Shown one piece after another: positions 46,944 through 61,900 of a stretch of DNA of 64,000 nt. The DNA comes from Macrostomum lignano. Taxonomy: Eukaryota. Made by a program: the position numbers and the translations under genes. How positions within the stretch are numbered: position 1 is the first letter of the stretch; the number at the start of each line of letters is the position of its first letter. Where the stretch lies: NCBI GenBank assembly GCA_002269645.1, contig NIVC01000469.1, forward strand, positions 62,001-126,000. Direction: 5' to 3'. The notes below the pieces were generated by a model. That model ran no database searches and was not told the origin of the DNA. It saw only the letters and a list, made by a program, of their open reading frames with translations.

Positions 46944-49900
46944 AAACACTGAGACTGATGGACACTGAGACTGATAAACAGTGAGACTGATAAACAGTGA
47001 GACTGATAAACACTGAGACTGATAAACACTGAGACTGATAAACACTGAGACTGATAAACACTGAGACTGATAAACAGTGAGACTGATAAACACTGAGACT
47101 GATGGGCACTGAGACTGATGGACACTGAGACTGATAAACAGTGAGACTGATAAACAGTGAGACTGATGGACACTGAGACTGATGGACACTGAGACTGATG
47201 GACACTGAGACTGATGGACACTGAGACTGATAAACACTGAGACTGATAAACAGTGAGACTGATGGACACTGAGACTGATGGACACTGAGACTGATGGACA
47301 CTGAGACTGATAAACAGTGAGACTGATGGACACTGAGACTGATAAACAGTGAGACTGATGGACACTGAGACTGATGGACACTGAGACTGATGGACACTGA
47401 GACTGATAAACAGTGAGACTGATGGACACTGAGACTGATAAACAGTGAGACTGATGGACACTGAGACTGATGGACACTGAGACTGATGGACACTGAGACT
47501 GATAAACAGTGAGACTGATGGACACTGAGACTGATGGACACTGAGACTGATAAACAGTGAGACTGATGGACACTGAGACTGATGGACACTGAGACTGATA
47601 AACAGTGAGACTGATAAACAGTGAGACTGATGGACACTGAGACTGATGGACACTGAGACTGATGGACACTGAGACTGATGGATACTGAGACTGATAAACA
47701 CTGAGACTGATGGACACTGAGACTGATAAACAGTGAGACTGATGGACACTGAGACTGATGGACACTGAGACTGATGGACACTGAGACTGATAAACAGTGA
47801 GACTGATGGACACTGAGACTGATGGACACTGAGACTGATGGACACTGAGACTGATAAACAGTGAGACTGATAAACAGTGAGACTGATAAACAGTGAGACT
47901 GATAAACAGTGAGACTGATAAACAGTGAGACTGATAAACACTGAGACTGATGGACACTGAGACTGATAAACACTGAGACTGATGGACACTGAGACTGATA
48001 AACAGTGAGACTGATGGACACTGAGACTGATAAACAGTGAGACTGATAAACACTGAGACTGATAAACAGTGAGACTGATAAACACTGAGACTGATAAACA
48101 GTGAGACTGATAAACACTGAGACTGATAAACACTGAGACTGATAAACAGTGAGACTGATAAACACTGAGACTGATAAACAGTGAGACTGATAAACACTGA
48201 GACTGATAAACAGTGAGACTGATAAACACTGAGACTGATAAACACTGAGACTGATAAACAGTGAGACTGATAAACAGTGAGACTGATAAACAGTGAGACT
48301 GATAAACACTGAGACTGATAAACACTGAGACTGATAAACAGTGAGACTGATAAACAGTGAGACTGATAAACAGTGAGACTGATAAACACTGAGACTGATA
48401 AACACTGAGACTGATAAACAGTGAGACTGATAAACAGTGAGACTGATAAACAGTGAGACTGATAAACACTGAGACTGATGGACACTGAGACTGATGGACA
48501 CTGAGACTGATGGACACTGAGACTGATAAACAGTGAGACTGATGGACACTGAGACTGATGGACACTGAGACTGATAAACAGTGAGACTGATAAACACTGA
48601 GACTGATAGACACTGAGACTGATGGACACTGAGACTGATGGACACTGAGACTGATAAACACTGAGACTGATGGACACTGAGACTGATAAACAGTGAGACT
48701 GATGGACACTGAGACTGATAAACAGTGAGACTGATGGACACTGAGACTGATGGACACTGAGACTGATGGACACTGAGACTGATAAACAGTGAGACTGATG
48801 GACACGGAGACTGATGGACACTGAGACTGATAAACAGTGAGACTGATAAACAGTGAGACTGATGGACACTGAGACTGATAAACACTGAGACTGATAAACA
48901 CTGAGACTGATGGACACTGAGACTGAAAAACACTGAGACTGATAAACACTCAGACTGATGGACACTGAGACTGATAAACAGTGAGACTGATAAACACTGA
49001 GACTGATGGACACTGAGACTGATGGACACTGAGACTGATGGACACTGAGACTGATGGATACTGAGACTGATAAACACTGAGACTGATGGACACTGAGACT
49101 GATAAACAGTGAGACTGATGGACACTGAGACTGATGGACACTGAGACTGATGGACACTGAGACTGATAAACAGTGAGACTGATGGACACTGAGACTGATG
49201 GACACTGAGACTGATGGACACTGAGACTGATAAACAGTGAGACTGATAAACAGTGAGACTGATAAACAGTGAGACTGATAAACAGTGAGACTGATAAACA
49301 GTGAGACTGATAAACACTGAGACTGATGGACACTGAGACTGATAAACACTGAGACTGATGGACACTGAGACTGATAAACAGTGAGACTGATGGACACTGA
49401 GACTGATAAACAGTGAGACTGATAAACACTGAGACTGATAAACAGTGAGACTGATAAACACTGAGACTGATAAACAGTGAGACTGATAAACACTGAGACT
49501 GATAAACACTGAGACTGATAAACAGTGAGACTGATAAACACTGAGACTGATAAACAGTGAGACTGATAAACACTGAGACTGATAAACAGTGAGACTGATA
49601 AACACTGAGACTGATAAACACTGAGACTGATAAACAGTGAGACTGATAAACAGTGAGACTGATAAACAGTGAGACTGATAAACACTGAGACTGATAAACA
49701 CTGAGACTGATAAACAGTGAGACTGATAAACAGTGAGACTGATAAACAGTGAGACTGATAAACACTGAGACTGATAAACACTGAGACTGATAAACAGTGA
49801 GACTGATAAACAGTGAGACTGATAAACAGTGAGACTGATAAACACTGAGACTGATGGACACTGAGACTGATGGACACTGAGACTGATGGACACTGAGACT

Positions 49901-52900
49901 GATAAACAGTGAGACTGATGGACACTGAGACTGATGGACACTGAGACTGATAAACAGTGAGACTGATGGACACTGAGACTGATGGACACTGAGACTGATA
50001 AACAGTGAGACTGATAAACAGTGAGACTGATGGACACTGAGACTGATGGACACTGAGACTGATGGACACTGAGACTGATGGATACTGAGACTGATAAACA
50101 CTGAGACTGATGGACACTGAGACTGATAAACAGTGAGACTGATGGACACTGAGACTGATGGACACTGAGACTGATGGACACTGAGACTGATAAACAGTGA
50201 GACTGATGGACACTGAGACTGATGGACACTGAGACTGATGGACACTGAGACTGATAAACAGTGAGACTGATAAACAGTGAGACTGATGGACACTGAGACT
50301 GATAAACAGTGAGACTGATAAACAGTGAGACTGATAAACAGTGAGACTGATAAACACTGAGACTGATGGACACTGAGACTGATAAACACTGAGACTGATG
50401 GACACTGAGACTGATAAACAGTGAGACTGATGGACACTGAGACTGATAAACAGTGAGACTGATAAACACTGAGACTGATAAACAGTGAGACTGATAAACA
50501 CTGAGACTGATAAACAGTGAGACTGATAAACACTGAGACTGATAAACACTGAGACTGATAAACAGTGAGACTGATAAACACTGAGACTGATAAACAGTGA
50601 GACTGATAAACACTGAGACTGATAAACAGTGAGACTGATAAACACTGAGACTGATAAACACTGAGACTGATAAACAGTGAGACTGATAAACAGTGAGACT
50701 GATAAACAGTGAGACTGATAAACACTGAGACTGATAAACACTGAGACTGATAAACAGTGAGACTGATAAACAGTGAGACTGATAAACAGTGAGACTGATA
50801 AACACTGAGACTGATAAACACTGAGACTGATAAACAGTGAGACTGATAAACAGTGAGACTGATAAACAGTGAGACTGATAAACACTGAGACTGATGGACA
50901 CTGAGACTGATGGACACTGAGACTGATGGACACTGAGACTGATAAACAGTGAGACTGATGGACACTGAGACTGATGGACACTGAGACTGATAAACAGTGA
51001 GACTGATAAACACTGAGACTGATAGACACTGAGACTGATGGACACTGAGACTGATGGACACTGAGACTGATAAACACTGAGACTGATGGACACTGAGACT
51101 GATAAACAGTGAGACTGATGGACACTGAGACTGATAAACAGTGAGACTGATGGACACTGAGACTGATGGACACTGAGACTGATGGACACTGAGACTGATA
51201 AACAGTGAGACTGATGGACACGGAGACTGATGGACACTGAGACTGATAAACAGTGAGACTGATAAACAGTGAGACTGATGGACACTGAGACTGATAAACA
51301 CTGAGACTGATAAACACTGAGACTGATGGACACTGAGACTGAAAACACTGAGACTGATAAACACTCAGACTGATGGACACTGAGACTGATAAACAGTGAG
51401 ACTGATAAACACTGAGACTGATGGACACTGAGACTGATGGACACTGAGACTGATGGACACTGAGACTGATGGATACTGAGACTGATAAACACTGAGACTG
51501 ATGGACACTGAGACTGATAAACAGTGAGACTGATGGACACTGAGACTGATGGACACTGAGACTGATGGACACTGAGACTGATAAACAGTGAGACTGATGG
51601 ACACTGAGACTGATGGACACTGAGACTGATGGACACTGAGACTGATAAACAGTGAGACTGATAAACAGTGAGACTGATAAACAGTGAGACTGATAAACAG
51701 TGAGACTGATAAACAGTGAGACTGATAAACACTGAGACTGATGGACACTGAGACTGATAAACACTGAGACTGATGGACACTGAGACTGATAAACAGTGAG
51801 ACTGATGGACACTGAGACTGATAAACAGTGAGACTGATAAACACTGAGACTGATAAACAGTGAGACTGATAAACACTGAGACTGATAAACAGTGAGACTG
51901 ATAAACACTGAGACTGATAAACACTGAGACTGATAAACAGTGAGACTGATAAACACTGAGACTGATAAACAGTGAGACTGATAAACACTGAGACTGATAA
52001 ACAGTGAGACTGATAAACACTGAGACTGATAAACACTGAGACTGATAAACAGTGAGACTGATAAACAGTGAGACTGATAAACAGTGAGACTGATAAACAC
52101 TGAGACTGATAAACACTGAGACTGATAAACAGTGAGACTGATAAACAGTGAGACTGATAGACACTGAGACTGATAAACAGTGAGACTGATAAACACTGAG
52201 ACTGATAGACACTGAGACTGATGGACACTGAGACTGATGGACACTGAGACTGATAAACACTGAGACTGATGGACACTGAGACTGATAAACAGTGAGACTG
52301 ATGGACACTGAGACTGATAAACAGTGAGACTGATAAACAGTGAGACTGATAAACACTGAGACTGATAAACACTGAGACTGATAAACAGTGAGACTGATAA
52401 ACAGTGAGACTGATAAACAGTGAGACTGATAAACACTGAGACTGATGGACACTGAGACTGATGGACACTGAGACTGATGGACACTGAGACTGATAAACAG
52501 TGAGACTGATGGACACTGAGACTGATGGACACTGAGACTGATAAACAGTGAGACTGATAAACACTGAGACTGATAGACACTGAGACTGATGGACACTGAG
52601 ACTGATGGACACTGAGACTGATAAACACTGAGACTGATGGACACTGAGACTGATAAACACTGAGACTGATAAACACTGAGACTGATAAACAGTGAGACTG
52701 ATAAACACTGAGACTGATAAACACTGAGACTGATAAACAGTGAGACTGATAAACACTGAGACTGATAAACAGTGAGACTGATAAACACTGAGACTGATAA
52801 ACAGTGAGACTGATAAACACTGAGACTGATAAACACTGAGACTGATAAACAGTGAGACTGATAAACAGTGAGACTGATAAACAGTGAGACTGATAAACAC

Positions 52901-55900
52901 TGAGACTGATAAACACTGAGACTGATAAACAGTGAGACTGATAAACAGTGAGACTGATAGACACTGAGACTGATAAACAGTGAGACTGATAAACACTGAG
53001 ACTGATAGACACTGAGACTGATGGACACTGAGACTGATGGACACTGAGACTGATAAACACTGAGACTGATGGACACTGAGACTGATAAACAGTGAGACTG
53101 ATGGACACTGAGACTGATGGACACTGAGACTGATAAACAGTGAGACTGATAAACACTGAGACTGATAAACACTGAGACTGATAAACAGTGAGACTGATAA
53201 ACAGTGAGACTGATAAACAGTGAGACTGATAAACACTGAGACTGATGGACACTGAGACTGATGGACACTGAGACTGATGGACACTGAGACTGATAAACAG
53301 TGAGACTGATGGACACTGAGACTGATGGACACTGAGACTGATAAACAGTGAGACTGATAAACACTGAGACTGATAGACACTGAGACTGATGGACACTGAG
53401 ACTGATGGACACTGAGACTGATAAACACTGAGACTGATGGACACTGAGACTGATAAACAGTGAGACTGATGGACACTGAGACTGATAAACAGTGAGACTG
53501 ATGGACACTGAGACTGATGGACACTGAGACTGATGGACACTGAGACTGATAAACAGTGAGACTGATGGACACGGAGACTGATGGACACTGAGACTGATAA
53601 ACAGTGAGACTGATAAACAGTGAGACTGATGGACACTGAGACTGATGGACACTGAGACTGATGGACACTGAGACTGATAAACACTGAGACTGATAAACAC
53701 TGAGACTGATGGACACTGAGACTGAAAAACACTGAGACTGATAAACACTCAGACTGATGGACACTGAGACTGATAAACAGTGAGACTGATAAACACTGAG
53801 ACTGATGGACACTCAGACTGATAAACACTGAGACTGATGGACACTGAGACTGATAAACAGTGAGACTGATGGACACTGAGACTGATGGACACTGAGACTG
53901 ATGGACACTGAGACTGATAAACAGTGAGACTGATGGACACTGAGACTGATAAACAGTGAGACTGATGGACACTGAGACTGATAAACAGTGAGACTGATGG
54001 ACGCTGAGACTGATGGACACTGAGACTGATAAACACTGAGACTGATAAACAGTGAGACTGATAAACAGTGAGACTGATGGACACTGAGACTGATGGACAC
54101 TGAGACTGATGGACACTGAGACTGATAAACAGTGAGACTGATAAACAGTGAGACTGATGGACACTGAGACTGATAAACAGTGAGACTGATAAACACTGAG
54201 ACTGATGGACACTGAGACTGATGGACACTGAGACTGATAAACACTGAGACTGATAAACAGTGAGACTGATAAACAGTGAGACTGATGGACACTGAGACTG
54301 ATAAACAGTGAGACTGATAAACAGTGAGACTGATAAACACTGAGACTGATAAACAGTGAGACTGATAAACACTGAGACTGATGGACACTGAGACTGATGG
54401 ACACTGAGACTGATAAACACTGAGACTGATAAACAGTGAGACTGATAAACAGTGAGACTGATGGACACTGAGACTGATGGACACTGAGACTGATGGACAC
54501 TGAGACTGATAAACACTGAGACTGATGGACACTGAGACTGATAAACAGTGAGACTGATGGACACTGAGACTGATGGACACTGAGACTGATGGACACTGAG
54601 ACTGATAAACACTGAGACTGATAAACAGTGAGACTGATAAACAGTGAGACTGATGGACACTGAGACTGATGGACACTGAGACTGATGGACACTGAGACTG
54701 ATGGACACTGAGACTGATAAACACTGAGACTGATAAACAGTGAGACTGATGGACACTGAGACTGATAAACACTGAGACTGATAAACAGTGAGACTGATAA
54801 ACAGTGAGACTGATGGACACTGAGACTGATAAACAGTGAGACTGATAAACAGTGAGACTGATGGACACTGAGACTGATGGACACTCAGACTGATGGACAC
54901 TGAGACTGATAAACACTGAGACTGATGGACACTCAGACTGATGGACACTCAGACTGATGGACACTGAGACTAATGGACACTGAGACTGATAAACAGTGAG
55001 ACTGATGGACACTGAGACTGATAAACAGTGAGACTGATGGACACTGAGACTGATAAACAGTGAGACTGATGGACACTGAGACTGATGGACACTCAGACTG
55101 ATGGACACTCAGACTGATGGACACTGAGACTGATGGACACTGAGACTGATGGACACTGAGACTGATGGACACTGAGACTGATGGACACTGAGACTGATGG
55201 ACACTCAGACTGATGGACACTCAGACTGATGGACACTCAGACTGATGGACACTGAGACTGATAAACAGTGAGACTGATGGACACTGAGACTGATGGACAC
55301 TGAGACTGATGGACACTCAGACTGATGGACACTCAGACTGATGGACACTGAGACTGATGGACACTGAGACTGATAAACAGTGAGACTGATGGACACTGAG
55401 ACTGATAAACAGTGAGACTGATGGACACTGAGACTGATAAACAGTGAGACTGATGGACACTGAGACTGATGGACACTGAGACTGATGGACACTCAGACTG
55501 ATGGACACTGAGACTGATAAACAGTGAGACTGATGGACACTGAGACTGATAAACAGTGAGACTGATGGACACTGAGACTGATAAACAGTGAGACTGATAA
55601 ACAGTGAGACTGATGGACACTGAGACTGATAAACAGTGAGACTGATAAACACTGAGACTGATGGACACTGAGACTGATGGACACTGAGACTGATAAACAC
55701 TGAGACTGATAAACAGTGAGACTGATAAACAGTGAGACTGATGGACACTGAGACTGATAAACTGAGACTGATAAACAGTGAGACTGATAAACACTGAGAC
55801 TGATAAACAGTGAGACTGATAAACACTGAGACTGATGGACACTGAGACTGATGGACACTGAGACTGATAAACACTGAGACTGATAAACAGTGAGACTGAT

Positions 55901-58900
55901 AAACAGTGAGACTGATGGACACTGAGACTGATGGACACTGAGACTGATGGACACTGAGACTGATAAACACTGAGACTGATGGACACTGAGACTGATAAAC
56001 AGTGAGACTGATGGACACTGAGACTGATGGACACTGAGACTGATGGACACTGAGACTGATAAACACTGAGACTGATAAACAGTGAGACTGATAAACAGTG
56101 AGACTGATGGACACTGAGACTGATGGACACTGAGACTGATGGACACTGAGACTGATGGACACTGAGACTGATAAACACTGAGACTGATAAACAGTGAGAC
56201 TGATGGACACTGAGACTGATAAACAGTGAGACTGATAAACAGTGAGACTGATGGACACTGAGACTGATGGACACTCAGACTGATGGACACTGAGACTGAT
56301 AAACACTGAGACTGATGGACACTCAGACTGATGGACACTCAGACTGATGGACACTGAGACTATGGACACTGAGACTGATAAACAGTGAGACTGATGGACA
56401 CTGAGACTGATAAACAGTGAGACTGATGGACACTGAGACTGATAAACAGTGAGACTGATGGACACTGAGACTGATGGACACTCAGACTGATGGACACTCA
56501 GACTGATGGACACTGAGACTGATGGACACTGAGACTGATGGACACTGAGACTGATGGACACTGAGACTGATGGACACTGAGACTGATGGACACTCAGACT
56601 GATGGACACTCAGACTGATGGACACTGAGACTGATGGACACTGAGACTGATAAACAGTGAGACTGATGGACACTGAGACTGATGGACACTGAGACTGATG
56701 GACACTCAGACTGATGGACACTCAGACTGATGGACACTGAGACTGATGGACACTGAGACTGATAAACAGTGAGACTGATGGACACTGAGACTGATAAACA
56801 GTGAGACTGATGGACACTGAGACTGATAAACAGTGAGACTGATGGACACTGAGACTGATGGACACTGAGACTGATGGACACTCAGACTGATGGACACTGA
56901 GACTGATAAACAGTGAGACTGATGGACACTGAGACTGATAAACAGTGAGACTGATGGACACTGAGACTGATGGACACTCAGACTGATGGACACTGAGACT
57001 GATGGACACTGAGACTGATAAACAGTGAGACTGATGGACACTCAGACTGATGGACACTCAGACTGATGGACACTCAGACTGATGGACACTGAGACTGATA
57101 AACAGTGAGACTGATGGACACTGAGACTGATGGACACTCAGACTGATGGACACTCAGACTGATGGACACTCAGACTGATGGACACTGAGACTGATGGACA
57201 CTGAGACTGATAAACAGTGAGACTGATAAACAGTGAGACTGATGGACACTGAGACTGATGGACACTGAGACTGATGGACACTCAGACTGATGGACACTGA
57301 GACTGATAAACAGTGAGACTGATGGACACTGAGACTGATGGACACTCAGACTGATGGACACTGAGACTGATGGACACTGAGACTGATAAACAGTGAGACT
57401 GATGGACACTCAGACTGATGGACACTCAGACTGATGGACACTCAGACTGATGGACACTGAGACTGATGGACACTCAGACTGATGGACACTGAGACTGATA
57501 AACAGTGAGACTGATGGACACTCAGACTGATGGACACTGAGACTGATGGAACTGAGACTGATAAACAGTGAGACTGATGGACAATCAGACTGATGGACAC
57601 TCAGACTGATGGACACTGAGACTGATGGACACTGAGACTGATAAACAGTGAGACTGATGGACACTCAGACTGATGGACACTCAGACTGATGGACACTCAG
57701 ACTGATGGACACTCAGACTGATGGACACTGAGACTGATGGACACTGAGACTGATGGACACTGAGACTGATGGACACAGTGAGACTGATAAACACTGAGAC
57801 TGATGGACACTGAGACTGATGGACACTGAGACTGATGGACACTGAGACTGATGGACACTGAGACTGATAAACAGTGAGACTGATGGACACTCAGACTGAT
57901 GGACACTCAGACTGATGGACACTGAGACTGATGGACACTGAGACTGATAAACAGTGAGACTGATGGACACTCAGACTGATGGACACTCAGACTGATGGAC
58001 ACTCAGACTGATGGACACTGAGACTGATGGACACTGAGACTGATGGACACTGAGACTGATGGACACTGAGACTGATGGACACTGAGACTGATAAACAGTG
58101 AGACTGATAAACACTGAGACTGATACACTGAGACTGATGGACACTCAGACTGATGGACACTCAGACTGATGGACACTGAGACTGATAAACAGTGAGACTG
58201 ATAAACACTGAGACTGATAAACACTGAGACTGATAAACAGTGAGACTGATAAACACTGAGACTGATAAACAGTGAGACTGATAAACACTGAGACTGATAA
58301 ACAGTGAGACTGATAAACACTGAGACTGATAAACACTGAGACTGATAAACAGTGAGACTGATAAACAGTGAGACTGATAAACAGTGAGACTGATAAACAC
58401 TGAGACTGATAAACACTGAGACTGATAAACAGTGAGACTGATAAACAGTGAGACTGATAAACAGTGAGACTGATAAACACTGAGACTGATAAACACTGAG
58501 ACTGATAACAGTGAGACTGATAAACAGTGAGACTGATAAACAGTGAGACTGATAAACACTGAGACTGATGGACACTGAGACTGATGGACACTGAGACTGA
58601 TGGACACTGAGACTGATAAACAGTGAGACTGATGGACACTGAGACTGATGGACACTGAGACTGATAAACAGTGAGACTGATGGACACTGAGACTGATGGA
58701 CACTGAGACTGATAAACAGTGAGACTGATAAACAGTGAGACTGATGGACACTGAGACTGATGGACACTGAGACTGATGGACACTGAGACTGATGGACACT
58801 GAGACTGATAAACACTGAGACTGATGGACACTGAGACTGATAAACAGTGAGACTGATGGACACTGAGACTGATGGACACTGAGACTGATGGACACTGAGA

Positions 58901-61900
58901 CTGATAAACAGTGAGACTGATGGACACTGAGACTGATGGACACTGAGACTGATGGACACTGAGACTGATAAACAGTGAGACTGATAAACAGTGAGACTGA
59001 TGGACACTGAGACTGATAAACAGTGAGACTGATAAACAGTGAGACTGATAAACAGTGAGACTGATAAACACTGAGACTGATGGACAGAGACTGATAAACA
59101 CTGAGACTGATAAACACTGAGACTGATAAACAGTGAGACTGATACACTGAGACTGATAAACAGTGAGACTGATAAACACTGAGACTGATAAACAGTGAGA
59201 CTGATAAACACTGAGACTGATAAACAGTGAGACTGATAAACACTGAGACTGATAAACACTGAGACTGATAAACAGTGAGACTGATAAACACTGAGACTGA
59301 TAAACAGTGAGACTGATAAACAGTGAGACTGATAAACAGTGAGACTGATAAACACTGAGACTGATAAACACTGAGACTGATAAACAGTGAGACTGATAAA
59401 CAGTGAGACTGATAAACAGTGAGACTGATAAACACTGAGACTGATAAACACTGAGACTGATAAACAGTGAGACTGATAAACAGTGAGACTGATAAACAGT
59501 GAGACTGATAAACACTGAGACTGATAAACACTGAGACTGATGGACACTGAGACTGATAACAGTGAGACTGATAACAGTGAGACTGATAAACACTGAGACT
59601 GATGGACACTGAGACTGATGGACACTGAGACTGATAAACACTGAGACTGATAAACACTGAGACTGATGGACACTGAGACTGATGGACACTGAGACTGATG
59701 GACACTGAGACTGATAAACACTGAGACTGATGGACACTGAGACTGATGGACACTGAGACTGATGGACACTGAGACTGATAAACAGTGAGACTGATGGACA
59801 CTGAGACTGATGGACACTGAGACTGATGGACACTGAGACTGATAAACAGTGAGACTGATGGACACTGAGACTGATGGACACTGAGACTGATAAACAGTGA
59901 GACTGATAAACAGTGAGACTGATGGACACTGAGACTGATAAACACTGAGACTGATAAACACTGAGACTGATGGACACTGAGACTGAAAACACTGAGACTG
60001 ATAAACACTCAGACTGATGGACACTGAGACTGATAAACAGTGAGACTGATAAACACTGAGACTGATGGACACTGAGACTGATGGACACTGAGACTGATGG
60101 ACACTGAGACTGATGGATACTGAGACTGATAAACACTGAGACTGATGGACACTGAGACTGATAAACAGTGAGACTGATGGACACTGAGACTGATGGACAC
60201 TGAGACTGATGGACACTGAGACTGATAAACAGTGAGACTGATGGACACTGAGACTGATGGACACTGAGACTGATGGACACTGAGACTGATAAACAGTGAG
60301 ACTGATAAACAGTGAGACTGATAAACAGTGAGACTGATAAACAGTGAGACTGATAAACAGTGAGACTGATAAACACTGAGACTGATGGACACTGAGACTG
60401 ATAAACACTGAGACTGATGGACACTGAGACTGATAAACAGTGAGACTGATGGACACTGAGACTGATAAACAGTGAGACTGATAAACACTGAGACTGATAA
60501 ACAGTGAGACTGATAAACACTGAGACTGATAAACAGTGAGACTGATAAACACTGAGACTGATAAACACTGAGACTGATAAACAGTGAGACTGATAAACAC
60601 TGAGACTGATAAACAGTGAGACTGATAAACACTGAGACTGATAAACAGTGAGACTGATAAACACTGAGACTGATAAACACTGAGACTGATAAACAGTGAG
60701 ACTGATAAACAGTGAGACTGATAAACAGTGAGACTGATAAACACTGAGACTGATAAACACTGAGACTGATAAACAGTGAGACTGATAAACAGTGAGACTG
60801 ATAAACTGAGACTGATAAACAGTGAGACTGATAAACACTGAGACTGATAGACACTGAGACTGATGGACACTGAGACTGATGGACACTGAGACTGATAAAC
60901 ACTGAGACTGATGGACACTGAGACTGATAAACAGTGAGACTGATGGACACTGAGACTGATAAACAGTGAGACTGATAAACACTGAGACTGATAAACACTG
61001 AGACTGATAAACAGTGAGACTGATAAACAGTGAGACTGATAAACAGTGAGACTGATAAACAGTGAGACTGATAAACACTGAGACTGATGTGAGACTGACA
61101 CTGAGACTGATGGACACTGAGACTGATGGACACTGAGACTGATAAACAGTGAGACTGATGGACACTGAGACTGATGGACACTGAGACTGATAAACAGTGA
61201 GACTGATAAACACTGAGACTGATAGACACTGAGACTGATGGACACTGAGACTGATGGACACTGAGACTGATAAACACTGAGACTGATGGACACTGAGACT
61301 GATAAACACTGAGACTGATAAACACTGAGACTGATAAACAGTGAGACTGATAAACACTGAGACTGATAAACACTGAGACTGATAAACAGTGAGACTGATA
61401 AACACTGAGACTGATAAACAGTGAGACTGATAAACACTGAGACTGATAAACAGTGAGACTGATAAACACTGAGACTGATAAACACTGAGACTGATAAACA
61501 GTGAGACTGATAAACAGTGAGACTGATAAACAGTGAGACTGATAAACACTGAGACTGATAAACACTGAGACTGATAAACAGTGAGACTGATAAACAGTGA
61601 GACTGATAGACACTGAGACTGATAAACAGTGAGACTGATAAACACTGAGACTGATAGACACTGAGACTGATGGACACTGAGACTGATGGACACTGAGACT
61701 GATAAACACTGAGACTGATGGACACTGAGACTGATAAACAGTGAGACTGATGGACACTGAGACTGATGGACACTGAGACTGATAAACAGTGAGACTGATA
61801 AACACTGAGACTGATAAACACTGAGACTGATAAACAGTGAGACTGATAAACAGTGAGACTGATAAACAGTGAGACTGATAAACACTGAGACTGATGGACA